Positions 1 through 9,431 of a DNA stretch of 64,000 nt are shown here, piece after piece. The position numbers and the translations under genes were made by a program. This DNA comes from Candidatus Eiseniibacteriota bacterium (GTDB taxonomy: Bacteria; ARS69), in the NCBI GenBank assembly GCA_052390515.1, contig JBQTGV010000036.1:20779-84778 (forward strand). Reading direction: 5' to 3'. Position 1 is the first letter of the stretch. Each line of letters starts with the position of its first letter. The notes under the pieces were generated by a model. It searched no databases. It was not told the DNA's origin and saw nothing but the letters and a program-made list of their open reading frames with translations.

Positions 1-87
1 AAGGGCGCGAAGCTCCTCGTCTTCCGCGTGCACACTGAGGGCTCACCGTGGCGTTACCTGGAGGAGGAACCCACCCCGGGGCAATGA
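1..87 (+). CDS. 3' end of an upstream gene, possibly cupin-like (partial)
   Basis: Frame 1 is open from the window edge (KGAKLLVFRVHTEGSPWRYLEEEPTPGQ) to TGA at 85-87. Confidence 0.45.
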   Translation, partial: KGAKLLVFRVHTEGSPWRYLEEEPTPGQ

Positions 88-113
88 TCGCGGCCCGGCG
101 GAGGACCAGATCC

Positions 114-551
114 ATGGAACCGATCATCGATCACATACAGATCACCGTCAGGGACATGAGCGTGGCGGCGCCATTCTACGACAAGCTCCTTCCTCTCTTG
201 GGCTTCGATATCCAGCGCAGAGTCAGCGCCGTCATAGAGAAGCATGAGTTCCATGTCGTGGAGTACTCTCATCCACGGTTGACGTTCGCCATCACCTCTC
301 CGAGAAGCGCATTCGCGGGCGAGACGGTCCATCGTAGGAAGCCGGGAGCGCTCCACCATCTCGCATTCAAGGCGGCGTCTCGCGCCGAGGTGGACAGGCT
401 GCACGTGGAGCTGAAGAGGATAGGTGCGACGATCGTGAGTCCACCGCGGGTGTATCCGGAGTACACCCCACCGGGTTACTACGCTGTCTTTTTCAAGGAT
501 CTGGAGGGAATCAAGTACGAGATCGTGTGCGCGGAACACGGCGGAACGTGA
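114..551 (+). CDS. VOC/glyoxalase family protein
   Basis: IDHIQITVRD, GALHHLAF and YYAVFFKDLEGIKYE motifs; GGAGG upstream of ATG114. Confidence 0.9.
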   Translation: MEPIIDHIQITVRDMSVAAPFYDKLLPLLGFDIQRRVSAVIEKHEFHVVEYSHPRLTFAITSPRSAFAGETVHRRKPGALHHLAFKAASRAEVDRLHVELKRIGATIVSPPRVYPEYTPPGYYAVFFKDLEGIKYEIVCAEHGGT

Positions 552-604
552 GGCGGAGGGTGTGAACGAAGTGCGCGCGTCGTTGCGCGCGAGGTGAGGA
601 CAGC

Positions 605-1012
605 GTGCAGCAGACAATCCTTCATGCGGCCCTGCTAGTCAGGGACTACGACGAGGCCATCGAGTTCTTCTGCGGCAAGCTCCACTTCGAGCTGGTGGAG
701 GACACTGATGTGCCCGAGCAGGACAAGCGATGGGTCGTCGTCGCGCCCCGGGGCTCGACCGGCTCCTCGATCCTCCTGGCGCGCGCCTCGACTCCGCAGC
801 AGGAAGCGTGCATCGGGCGTCAGACCGGGGGCCGGATCTTCCTCTTCCTCGGCACGGACGACTTCTGGAGGGATTTCAACGAGATGAGCTCGGCCGGGAT
901 CAAGTTCGTACGCGAGCCGGCGGAAGCTCCCTACGGAACCGTCGCCGTCTTCGAGGACCTCCACGGGAACCTGTGGGACCTCGTCGAGCTGAAGCGCCCG
1001 AACTCTGCATGA
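605..1012 (+). CDS. VOC/glyoxalase family protein
   Basis: LLVRDYDEAIEFF and PYGTVAVFEDLHGNLWDL. Confidence 0.9.
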   Translation: MQQTILHAALLVRDYDEAIEFFCGKLHFELVEDTDVPEQDKRWVVVAPRGSTGSSILLARASTPQQEACIGRQTGGRIFLFLGTDDFWRDFNEMSSAGIKFVREPAEAPYGTVAVFEDLHGNLWDLVELKRPNSA

Positions 1013-1089
1013 TGAAAGCCGCCATCCATCGTCGTTACGGCCCACCCGAGGTGGTCCAGATCGCGGATGTGCCGCGGCCCAAAGTCTGG
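1009..1089 (+). pseudogene. N-terminal remnant of an MDR (quinone oxidoreductase/Zn-ADH-like) gene
   Basis: ATGA overlap; MMKAAIHRRYGPPEVVQIADVPRP is a typical MDR N-terminus and similarity then stops. Confidence 0.65.
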
Positions 1090-1205
1090 ACCAAGGATGA
1101 CCGCGCAACCCGACGGGGGGCGCGATGGCCAGCCATGCTATGGTGTCCGCGAAACTCCAAAACGCCCCCAGTCGTATCCGAGGCCAACCACTGGAGGAGG
1201 CGGAG

Positions 1206-1943
1206 ATGCAACAGCTGGCCGCGAAGCGCGCGCAGCGCGTCGCCAGGGTTGGCGGAGTGCTGTATCTCGTCATCATCGTTCTCGGCGCGCTCGGCGAGGC
1301 CGTGGTCCGGGGCCGCATCGTCGTGTCCGGCGACGCGACCGCCACGGCGGACAACCTGCGATCCATGGAATGGCTCTGGCGTCTCGGAGTCGCTGGAGAG
1401 ATCACCCTCTTGTCGTGCGCGACGGCTTTGTCGCTCATCTTCTACGTCCTGTTGCGTCCCGTCAGCCGCGACCTCGCGCTGGGGGCCGTCCTCTTCAATC
1501 TCGTGTGCATCTCCATCGAGGGAGTGGCCGCGGTGTCTCTCGCGGCGGCACTTCATCCCATGACGAGTGCGGCGTACGTCGATGCGTTCACCCCGGAGCA
1601 GCTCGACGCCATGACGATGCTGTCGGTCCGGTCCCACAGCGTCGGCTTCGGAACTGCGCTCGTCTTCTTCGGCGTCGAGTGCGTCCTGCTCGGGTACCTC
1701 ATCGCCCGGTCTGGCTACATGCCGAGAGTCATCGGTGTTCTCATGCAGGTTGCCGGTGTCTGCTACGTCATCAACAGCTTCGCCCTCATTCTGTCGCCGC
1801 CGCTGGCGAATCGGCTGTTTCCCGCGATTCTCCTTCCGGCGTTGATAGCCGAGCTGTCGCTCGCCCTGTGGCTTCTCCTGAAGGGCGTGAGGGCGGGGAA
1901 GTGGGACGAGCACGTCCACGCGGTGGCGGGCGCAGACTCGTGA
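1206..1943 (+). CDS. DUF4386-like multi-pass membrane protein
   Basis: ARVGGVLYL, GDATATADNL and ELSLALWLLLKGV; about 6 hydrophobic segments; GGAGG RBS. Confidence 0.8.
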   Translation: MQQLAAKRAQRVARVGGVLYLVIIVLGALGEAVVRGRIVVSGDATATADNLRSMEWLWRLGVAGEITLLSCATALSLIFYVLLRPVSRDLALGAVLFNLVCISIEGVAAVSLAAALHPMTSAAYVDAFTPEQLDAMTMLSVRSHSVGFGTALVFFGVECVLLGYLIARSGYMPRVIGVLMQVAGVCYVINSFALILSPPLANRLFPAILLPALIAELSLALWLLLKGVRAGKWDEHVHAVAGADS

Positions 1944-1965
1944 CGCCTAGGGTGGAGCGTAGCTC

Positions 1966-2103
1966 ATGACGACGGAGCACGTGGGGATCGTGGCCTGCAG
2001 CGCGCCGGGCGCTGCGCTGTGCTTCGAGAGGCGTGCGGTGGGAGGGGCCGCCGCTCCGAGCGACTCGACGGAAGCCTCCACGCGGCGAGCGGCTGGCACG
2101 TGA
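1966..2103 (+). pseudogene. Remnant of an Asp/Glu racemase family gene (45 aa)
   Basis: MTTEHVGIVACSAPGAALCF resembles the racemase N-terminus HIGIVACSAEGAALCY; stop at 2101-2103. Confidence 0.55.
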
Positions 2104-2283
2104 TCCGCGGTTGAGGGCGTGTCGCCGCGACCCGCAACGCGGCGGTTGCAGCGTCGACCGGCCGAGCGTAGGCTCACAGAGCCGAGGGTTTCCGTGTCGA
2201 CTACGTCCCGTTCACTTCGCCGCTCGCGCACCGACCGCAAGATCGCCCCGAAGGCGAAGAACTCGGGAGAGGCCTGAGTCCCG

Positions 2284-3051
2284 ATGTCACGAGCTCGTTC
2301 GCTCGCCTTGGTCACGGGTACGAGTTCGGGAATCGGCGAAGCGCTCGCTCGGATGCTCCTTCGTCGCGGCTGGCACGTCGTGGGCGTCTCCCGGCGTGCA
2401 GCCGGCATCGAGTCGCCCGAGTACGTGCACCTCCGTCTCGACCTGGGAGACCTCGCAGCGGTCGCCGGCGCGCTGGAAGCGACGGTCGGACCGCTGGTCA
2501 CCGACCCCGCCGTGCGGCGCCTCGGGCTGGTGAACAACGCCGCCCACGTGGCGTTGCTCGGTCCCATCGAGCGGCTCGACCCGAGTGCGCTGCCGAGCGT
2601 CTACGCGGTCAACGTGGCCGCACCCGTCCTCTTGATGGGCTGGCTGCTACGCCAGCGGCGGGTTGCCGTGCCCCTTCGCATCGTCAACGTCTCTACCGGT
2701 GCTGCGGTGACCCCGCTTCCCGGCCTCGGCGCCTATGGGAGCGCGAAGGCCGCGCTGCGAATGGTGGGGATGGTCCTCGCCGCCGAGCTGGATGGCCGGC
2801 AGCAGGGAGGAAATTCGGTCCCCGACACGAGCATCCTGTCCTACGAGCCGGGACTCGTCGACACACCGATGCAGGCGGCCGCGCGCGCCAGCTCCGCCGA
2901 AAGGCTCCCCATCGTGCAGATGTTCGTCGACTGGGCGGCGGACGGTACGCTGGTACCGCCGGAGGCTCCCGCGACCGAGATCGCCGATCATCTCGAGGCC
3001 GACGGCCATCCGCGCTGGGCCGAGCGGCGGTTCGGATCTTCGCCCCCGTGA
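2284..3051 (+). CDS. SDR family oxidoreductase
   Basis: TGTSSGIG, NNAA and YGSAK (YxxxK). Confidence 0.92.
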   Translation: MSRARSLALVTGTSSGIGEALARMLLRRGWHVVGVSRRAAGIESPEYVHLRLDLGDLAAVAGALEATVGPLVTDPAVRRLGLVNNAAHVALLGPIERLDPSALPSVYAVNVAAPVLLMGWLLRQRRVAVPLRIVNVSTGAAVTPLPGLGAYGSAKAALRMVGMVLAAELDGRQQGGNSVPDTSILSYEPGLVDTPMQAAARASSAERLPIVQMFVDWAADGTLVPPEAPATEIADHLEADGHPRWAERRFGSSPP

Positions 3052-3545
3052 ACAGGATCGAATCGCTGCTCGCGGAGCTCGCGCACGAAGCGCAGACCAC
3101 ACGGAGATATCTGGAGCGGCTGTCCGAGCGGCAGTTCGACTGGCGGCCGCACGCGAAGTCGTTCACGGCCGGACAGCTCGCCTCGCACCTGGTCGACTGC
3201 ATCCGGTGGATCACACCGATCTTCGCCGCCGACGAGCTCGACATGGGCTCGGGAGGCTACGAGCCGTTCTGCGCGAAGTCGTCGGCCGAGCTGCTCGCGT
3301 CCTTCGACGCGGAGGTGGCGAAGGCGCAACAGGCGATGGCCGGTTCGACAGACACGAGCGCCACGGGGCCGTGGCGGTTCAAGATGCACGGCAAGGTGTG
3401 GTTCGAGAAGCCGAGAGAAGACGTGTTCCGCGACATGACGGTGAGCCACTTGATCCATCACCGAGGGCAGCTCTCGGTCTACCTGCGGTTGCTCGAGGTG
3501 CCCGTGCCCGGCTCGTACGGACCCACGGCCGACGAGGGTGGGTAG
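3048..3545 (+). CDS. DinB family protein
   Basis: WRPHAKSFT and HLIHHRGQLSVYLR. Confidence 0.9.
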   Translation: MNRIESLLAELAHEAQTTRRYLERLSERQFDWRPHAKSFTAGQLASHLVDCIRWITPIFAADELDMGSGGYEPFCAKSSAELLASFDAEVAKAQQAMAGSTDTSATGPWRFKMHGKVWFEKPREDVFRDMTVSHLIHHRGQLSVYLRLLEVPVPGSYGPTADEGG

Positions 3546-3681
3546 CTTGGCCGTCAGGTGAGCAGGGTGGTGGTCTGGTCGTCCGGCTGGCGCGATCGTC
3601 GGCGTCGTCGCGCGTGGTTGCCGGGTCGATCCGCGAGGGGTAGGCTTCCTGGTGCATGCGGCTGATGCGCAAGGAGGAATC

Positions 3682-3984
3682 ATGGATACCACCGGTCTGA
3701 TCGTTCAGTTGATCAGCGGCGCCGCCGGCGGCAACGTCGCCGGCGCGCTTCTCAAGAAGTCCAGTCTGGGTCCGATCGGCAATTCCATCGTCGGTATCCT
3801 CGGCGGTGGGCTGGGCGGTCAGATACTCGGGATGCTCGGTGCCGGCGGGGCGGGTGCGGGAGCTGCAGCGGGCGGCCTCGACCTCGGCTCCATCGTATCC
3901 AGCGTCGCCGGTGGAGGTGTGGGTGGGGGCGTCCTGATGGCAGTCGTCGGTCTCATCCGCCAGTCGATGAGCAAGTCGGCCTGA
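3682..3984 (+). CDS. Small Gly-rich membrane protein
   Basis: [22 protein letters not shown]...GILGGGLGG...[10 protein letters not shown] glycine-zipper-like pattern. Confidence 0.8.
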   Translation: MDTTGLIVQLISGAAGGNVAGALLKKSSLGPIGNSIVGILGGGLGGQILGMLGAGGAGAGAAAGGLDLGSIVSSVAGGGVGGGVLMAVVGLIRQSMSKSA

Positions 3985-4017
3985 CTGCAAGGCGGGATTC
4001 GCGCGAGGGCGTCGTCG

Positions 4018-4740
4018 ATGAACGCGGAGTTCTCCAACGTCTACGACGACGACCTGCGCGCGGAGGCGTACGCGAAGCTCGAGTTCCCCGGAACGTACTA
4101 CTTGGCGTATCGGGACCTACCGGCGATCATCGCCGAGCACGTCCGCGGAAACACCGCCCTGGATTTCGGGTGCGGCACCGGGCGGTCCACGCGGTTCCTG
4201 CGCAAGCTCGGCTTCGACGTTCTGGGCGTCGACATCTCGCCGTCCATGCTTGCGCGGGCCAGGGAGCTCGATCCACAGGGGGAGTACCGTCTCGTATCTG
4301 ATGACGGCGCCGGCAGCCTGGCCCCGCGCAGCTACGACCTCGCCCTGTCCGCGTTCACATTCGACAACGTTCCCACGATGGAACGCAAGGTCGCGCTCCT
4401 CCGAGCGTTGAAGCACGTCCTCAGCGGCGGCGGCCGAGTCGTGAACCTCGTGTCGGCGCCGGAGATCTACGTCAACGAGTGGGCTTCCTTCTCCACGAGA
4501 GACTTCCCCGAGAACCGGGCGGCGAAGAGCGGAGACAAGGTACGGATCGTGATGCTCGACGTGGAGGACCGGCGCCCGGTCGAAGACATTCTCTGGACGG
4601 ACGAGGCCTACGACGAAGCCTACCGTCGCGCGGAGCTGCGAGTGATCCGGATGTACCGGCCGTTGGCGAAGGAGTCCGAGCCGTACTCGTGGGTGAGCGA
4701 GACGAGGATCGCCCCATGGGTGGTCCACGTACTCGCCTAG
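4018..4740 (+). CDS. Class I SAM-dependent methyltransferase
   Basis: ALDFGCGTG motif I and GVDIS. Confidence 0.9.
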   Translation: MNAEFSNVYDDDLRAEAYAKLEFPGTYYLAYRDLPAIIAEHVRGNTALDFGCGTGRSTRFLRKLGFDVLGVDISPSMLARARELDPQGEYRLVSDDGAGSLAPRSYDLALSAFTFDNVPTMERKVALLRALKHVLSGGGRVVNLVSAPEIYVNEWASFSTRDFPENRAAKSGDKVRIVMLDVEDRRPVEDILWTDEAYDEAYRRAELRVIRMYRPLAKESEPYSWVSETRIAPWVVHVLA

Positions 4741-4771
4741 CGCGTCGCCCGCCGGCGCGGGAGAACAGGAC

Positions 4772-5716
4772 GTGACGGTGATCGACACGATCGGCGGGAC
4801 GAGGCTCGTGCCGCTGCGGTACATGGTTCCCGAGGGGAGCGCCCGGATCCTGGTCAAGCTGGAGTACGAGAACCCCACGGGGAGCATGAAGGACCGCATG
4901 GCCCTCGCGATGGTGGAGGCGGCCGAGGCGGACGGACGGCTGCGCCCGGGCGGATCGGTGGTCGAGTACACGGGGGGCAGCACCGGCGTGTCGCTCGCGT
5001 TCGTGTGCGCCGCCAAGCGCATCCCGCTTCGGATCGTGACCTCGGAGGCGTTCAGCCAGGAGAAGCGCGATCACATGGAAGCGCTGGGCGCGCGCCTCAC
5101 GCTGATACCCAGCCCGACCGGCGGGACGACGAAGGAGCTGACTCTGGAGATGATCGAAGCGGCCAGGCGGCTTGCCTCCGCGCCCGGGAGCTACTGGACG
5201 GATCAGTTGAACAACACCGATCCTCTCCTCACGTACGAGCGGATGGGCGAGGAGATCCGGGAGCAGACCGGGGGGGCGGTCGACGCGTTCGTCCAGGGCG
5301 TCGGCACCGCCGGGTCCCTGAGGGGAATCTCCACGCGCCTTCGCGTCCACGACCGCACCGTGCACATCGTCGCCGTGGAGCCCGAGGAGTCGGCCGTGCT
5401 GTCGGGCAGGCCGAGCGGTTCCCACAAGATCGAGGGCACGGGCATCGGATTCATCGCGCCGTTGTGGACCGACACGGTAGCTGACGAGATCCAGACGGTC
5501 TCGACCGAGGAAGCGATGGCGACCGCCCGTCGCCTCGCCCGAAAGGAGGGCATCTTCGCGGGGACCTCCACCGGGGGAAACGTGGCGGCGGCGCTGCGCA
5601 TCGCCGCGAGGCTCGGGCCGGACCGCACCGTCGTCACCCTGGCGGTCGACTCGGGAATGAAGTACCTGAGCACGGCGTTGTACGGGCGCCGCGCCGGCGT
5701 GCGAACTCCGTCATGA
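4772..5716 (+). CDS. Cysteine synthase family PLP-dependent enzyme
   Basis: KLEYENPTGSMKDR, GVGTAG, IEGTG and DSGMKYLST. Confidence 0.92.
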   Translation: MTVIDTIGGTRLVPLRYMVPEGSARILVKLEYENPTGSMKDRMALAMVEAAEADGRLRPGGSVVEYTGGSTGVSLAFVCAAKRIPLRIVTSEAFSQEKRDHMEALGARLTLIPSPTGGTTKELTLEMIEAARRLASAPGSYWTDQLNNTDPLLTYERMGEEIREQTGGAVDAFVQGVGTAGSLRGISTRLRVHDRTVHIVAVEPEESAVLSGRPSGSHKIEGTGIGFIAPLWTDTVADEIQTVSTEEAMATARRLARKEGIFAGTSTGGNVAAALRIAARLGPDRTVVTLAVDSGMKYLSTALYGRRAGVRTPS

Positions 5717-6342
5717 TCGCTGCTGTCGAGGCGCTCGCTCGGCTCCGTGAGGGCAACCGGCGCTTCGTCGCCAACGAGACGACGGCGGCGCTCTCGAGCC
5801 ACGCACGCCGGGCCGCGCTGGTCGCCGGTCAGGAGCCGTTCGCCATCGTGCTCGGTTGCTCCGACTCGCGCGTTCCGGCCGAGCTGGTCTTCGACCAGGG
5901 CTTCGGCGACCTGTTCGTCATCCGGGTCGCCGGGAACGTCGTGGCGCCGTCGCAGGTCGGCAGCGTGGAGTTCGCGGCGGCGAGGTTCGGCACGCGGCTC
6001 GTCGTCGTCATGGGTCACTCGCAGTGCGGGGCGGTGATCGCCACGGTGGAAGAAGTGCTCGGCCGCGAGAGCAATCGATCGCGGAACCTGCGCTCGATCG
6101 TGGACCGCGTTCGCCCGTCCGTCGAAACTTTGCTGTCCGGCCGCAAGGACACCGACCCCGAGGCGCTGCTGCGCGAAGCGGTACGCGCCAACGTGCGCGC
6201 ATCGGTGGATCACCTGCGACACGGATCGGAGCTGCTCGAGCGCATGATCCGGGAGGACGGGCTCGTGGTCGTGGGCTCCGAGTACTCGCTCGAGACCGGA
6301 GTCGTGACGTTCTTCGACGCCACCGACGGGCGGCAGCTATGA
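5713..6342 (+). CDS. Beta-class carbonic anhydrase
   Basis: Zn-ligand motifs GCSDSRV and GHSQCGAV; GDLFVIRVAGN. Confidence 0.95.
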   Translation: MIAAVEALARLREGNRRFVANETTAALSSHARRAALVAGQEPFAIVLGCSDSRVPAELVFDQGFGDLFVIRVAGNVVAPSQVGSVEFAAARFGTRLVVVMGHSQCGAVIATVEEVLGRESNRSRNLRSIVDRVRPSVETLLSGRKDTDPEALLREAVRANVRASVDHLRHGSELLERMIREDGLVVVGSEYSLETGVVTFFDATDGRQL

Positions 6343-7136
6343 TCATCGGCCTGGCGTCGCCCTCGATCGCTTCCAGCCTCGATGACGGTCTCGAGAAGAT
6401 CCGGCGGCTGCTGTCCGAGGCGGCGGCGCAGGGCGCGGAGATCGTCTGCTTTCCGGAGGCGTACCTCCCCGGGCTTCGCGGACAGGACTTCGAGGTATTC
6501 GAGTTCGACCGTGCGAGGCAGGAGCACGCACTCGAGACGGTGGCGCAGTGGGCGCGGTCGTTCCGGGTGGCGACCATCCTCGGGATGGAGAAACCCACCG
6601 AGCAGGGGCGACAGATCGCCGCCTTCGTCATCGACGCATCGGGGCGGATCCAGGGCTGCCAGACCAAGAACCAGCTCGATCCCACGGAGGACGAGTTCTA
6701 CGTACCGGGACACGAGCGGCGGCTCTTCGACCTCGGAGGAACGAAGTTCGGTATCGCGATCTGCCACGAGGGCTGGCGGTACCCCGAGACGGTCCGGTGG
6801 GCGGCCGCGCGCGGCGCGAAGATCGTCTTCCACCCTCAACACACCGGGAGCGTCCGCGGCGGCATCCGCCTGACACGATGGGGCTCGCCGGAGGCGCCGT
6901 ACTACGAGAAGGCCATGATGATGCGCAGCATCGAGAACACGATCTGGTTCGCCAGCGTCAACTACGCGCTGCCGTTCCAGGAATCGGCGACGAGCCTCAT
7001 CGATCCGGCCGGGCGATGCCACGCGTACTTGCCGTACGGGCAGGAGGGCGTGCTGGTTCAGCCCATCCGGCTCGAGGAGGCCACGGGTCTGCTGGCCGGT
7101 CGGTTCGCCCCCGAGCGCCTTCGAGAGTCGAGCTGA
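6339..7136 (+). CDS. Carbon-nitrogen hydrolase (nitrilase superfamily)
   Basis: Glu-Lys-Cys triad in FPEAY, TKNQL and ICHEG; ATGA overlap. Confidence 0.9.
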   Translation: MIIGLASPSIASSLDDGLEKIRRLLSEAAAQGAEIVCFPEAYLPGLRGQDFEVFEFDRARQEHALETVAQWARSFRVATILGMEKPTEQGRQIAAFVIDASGRIQGCQTKNQLDPTEDEFYVPGHERRLFDLGGTKFGIAICHEGWRYPETVRWAAARGAKIVFHPQHTGSVRGGIRLTRWGSPEAPYYEKAMMMRSIENTIWFASVNYALPFQESATSLIDPAGRCHAYLPYGQEGVLVQPIRLEEATGLLAGRFAPERLRESS

Positions 7137-7190
7137 GAGATCCTGGGTCGCGGCCTCCGGTTCTCGGACCGATTCACACCGTCCGGGCAC

Positions 7191-7246
7191 TTGACATCCG
7201 AGTTCCGCCGTTGTATTAAACCTATGGGTTAATTAACGCGGTGGTT
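7191..7246 (+). promoter_or_regulatory. Sigma70 promoter with tandem palindromic operator, probably for the adjacent ArsR
   Basis: TTGACA(7191)-17 bp-TATTAA(7214); AACCTATGGGTT at 7219-7230 and AACGCGGTGGTT at 7235-7246. Confidence 0.75.
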
Positions 7247-7251
7247 CAGCA

Positions 7252-7617
7252 GTGAAGACCGACGCATTGAGCGCCACGTTCGCCGCCCTGGCCGACCCGA
7301 CCCGCCGGGCCATTCTGGCCCGCCTGACGGCGGGCGAGAGCTCGGTCACGGAGCTCGCGGAGCCCTTCGACATGAGCCTGCCGGCCGTCTCCAAGCACCT
7401 CCGGGTGCTGGAGCGCGCGGGGTTGGTCGCTCGGAGGCGCGACGCGCAGTGGCGGCTGTGCCGAATCGAAGCGGGACCCTTGAAGGAAGTGGCCGATTGG
7501 ACCGAGGACTACCGGCACGTCTGGGAGGCGCGGCTCGACCGGCTGGACGACTACCTGCAGCGGATGACTCCGAAGGAGAAGACTCATGGTCGCAAGCAGC
7601 GCCGTAAACAGCGATAG
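7252..7617 (+). CDS. ArsR/SmtB family transcriptional regulator
   Basis: FAALADPTRRAIL and SLPAVSKHLRVLERAGLV. Confidence 0.93.
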   Translation: MKTDALSATFAALADPTRRAILARLTAGESSVTELAEPFDMSLPAVSKHLRVLERAGLVARRRDAQWRLCRIEAGPLKEVADWTEDYRHVWEARLDRLDDYLQRMTPKEKTHGRKQRRKQR

Positions 7618-8089
7618 CTTCCGGGTCACGACACCGTCGGACCAGGAGATCCGCCTCACGAGGCTGTTCGATGCGCCGCGCCAGCTCGTGTTCGACGCGA
7701 TGACGAGGCCTGAGCACGTGCAGCGGTGGTGGGGCTGCCTGGGCGAGGGCTACTCGGTCCCGGTTTGCGAGATCGACCTGCGCGTCGGCGGCTCGTGGCG
7801 CTTCGTGAACCGCCACCCCCACGGCGAGGCTGCCTTCCACGGGGAGTACCGGGAAATCACGCCGCCGAGCCGTCTCGTGTTCACCGAGATCTTCGAGGAC
7901 TTTCCGGACACGGTCTCGGTCGTGACTGCGGTCTTCGCGGAAGAAGGAGCCAGGACGCGAATGACCGTCACGGTGCAGTATCCGTCGAAGGAAGTGCGCG
8001 ACATCGTCATCGCGTCGGGGATGGCCCGGGGCGCGGGCATCAGCTACGACCGGCTCGAGGACCTGGTGGCGGAGCTGCAGCGGCGCTGA
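7586..8089 (+). CDS. SRPBCC/AHSA1 family protein
   Basis: IRLTRLFDAPRQLVF and EIDLRVGGSWRF; typical ArsR partner. Confidence 0.92.
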   Translation: MVASSAVNSDSFRVTTPSDQEIRLTRLFDAPRQLVFDAMTRPEHVQRWWGCLGEGYSVPVCEIDLRVGGSWRFVNRHPHGEAAFHGEYREITPPSRLVFTEIFEDFPDTVSVVTAVFAEEGARTRMTVTVQYPSKEVRDIVIASGMARGAGISYDRLEDLVAELQRR

Positions 8090-8152
8090 CCTTCGCGGAG
8101 GTGATGGAGTATCGCTCATCACCCCGGAACCCGACCGAGAAAGGAAGCGAAC

Positions 8153-8548
8153 GTGTCCGCCAGAACTCCGTACCCGTACGAGACCCGGCTCGATGTGCTC
8201 CATCAGGCGCTCGAGAAGATCGACGTGGGGAAGCTCGTCGAGGATTGCCGCTTCCCCTGGTACAACCAGACGCTCTGCCGGGTGAACGAGTCCGTCGTTC
8301 GCCTCGGCGTCGTGAAGGGCGAATACCACTGGCACAAGCACGACGATGACGACGAGTTCTTCTACGTCGTCTCCGGCAGGTTCATCATCGACTTGGAAGG
8401 TGAATCGGTGACGCTGGATCCGCAGCAGGGATTCGTGGTGCCCAAGGGAGTGATGCACCGGCCCCGTGCGCCGGAGCGGACCGTGATCCTCATGGTGGAG
8501 ACGGCCGGGATCGTGCCCACTGGATCCGGAGGCAGCGCCGGCACGTGA
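8153..8548 (+). CDS. Cupin domain protein
   Basis: GEYHWHKHDDDDEFFYV and VPKGVMHRP. Confidence 0.9.
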   Translation: MSARTPYPYETRLDVLHQALEKIDVGKLVEDCRFPWYNQTLCRVNESVVRLGVVKGEYHWHKHDDDDEFFYVVSGRFIIDLEGESVTLDPQQGFVVPKGVMHRPRAPERTVILMVETAGIVPTGSGGSAGT

Positions 8549-8886
8549 TGAGGAGATCGTGGCTCGCCGCCCCGACGGTCGTGGCCCTGGCGTCGGTGGC
8601 CTGGGGCACGGCACCGGCCGTCCAGCGGGCGACTCCCCCGACTTCGATCGTCCACGGTGAGCTCGACACGCTCACGCCGCTCGCGGGGCTACGGCGATAC
8701 TGTGCCGCACTGACCGAGCTCGGGCAGCCCTGCGAGGTGCACGTGTATCCCGGTCTGGGGCACTTGCTCACCCGGCAGCTCGCCGACCGGGAGCGCGACT
8801 ACGATCCGGATCCGGAGGCGCGTGCCGACGGAATTGCGGGGCCAAGCGGTGACGCGACGCCTGGGCGGCGCTCGGCGTCCGAGTAA
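8545..8886 (+). pseudogene. Internally deleted secreted alpha/beta hydrolase
   Basis: Signal-peptide-like start joined directly to PPTSIVHGELD...HVYPGLGH; no GxSxG. Confidence 0.65.
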
Positions 8887-8962
8887 ACTGGGTAGGTGAT
8901 CCACGCCGTGCGCCGGCGGCGCGCGGGACCATGAACGGAGCACGAACCGACCGGGAGGTCTG

Positions 8963-9388
8963 ATGGACAAGCAGTCGCTCATCCAGCGTCTGAACGAGGA
9001 TCTCGCGGGCGAGCTGTCCGCGATCATCCAGTACCTGACGTACGCGGCGAAGGCTACAGGTCCCTACCGGCCGCAGCTCGCCCAGTTCTTCCTGGCCGAG
9101 GTGGCCGACGAGCAGCTTCACGCGCAGTACCTGGCGAACAAGATCGTCGCGCTGGAAGGCGAACCGACGACGGTGCCCCGGCCGGTGGCGGTGGCGCGCA
9201 CCAACAGGGAGATGCTGCAGGCCGTGCTCGAGGCCGAGCGCCGCGCCACGAAGGACTACACGCAGCGCGCGCGGGAAGCCGAAGAGATCGGGGACAAGGG
9301 ACTGGCCGTCCAGCTCGAGGACATGGTGCGCGACGAGAGCGGCCATTCCGAGGAGACCGAGCGGATTCTCCGCGACTGGCCGGTGTGA
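8963..9388 (+). CDS. Ferritin-like/bacterioferritin-type protein
   Basis: ELSAIIQY and two ExxH motifs (DEQLH, DESGH). Confidence 0.88.
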   Translation: MDKQSLIQRLNEDLAGELSAIIQYLTYAAKATGPYRPQLAQFFLAEVADEQLHAQYLANKIVALEGEPTTVPRPVAVARTNREMLQAVLEAERRATKDYTQRAREAEEIGDKGLAVQLEDMVRDESGHSEETERILRDWPV

Positions 9389-9431
9389 GGGCTGCGGCCG
9401 ACGCTCCGGCCCAGGTGTTTCTTCCGAGACT

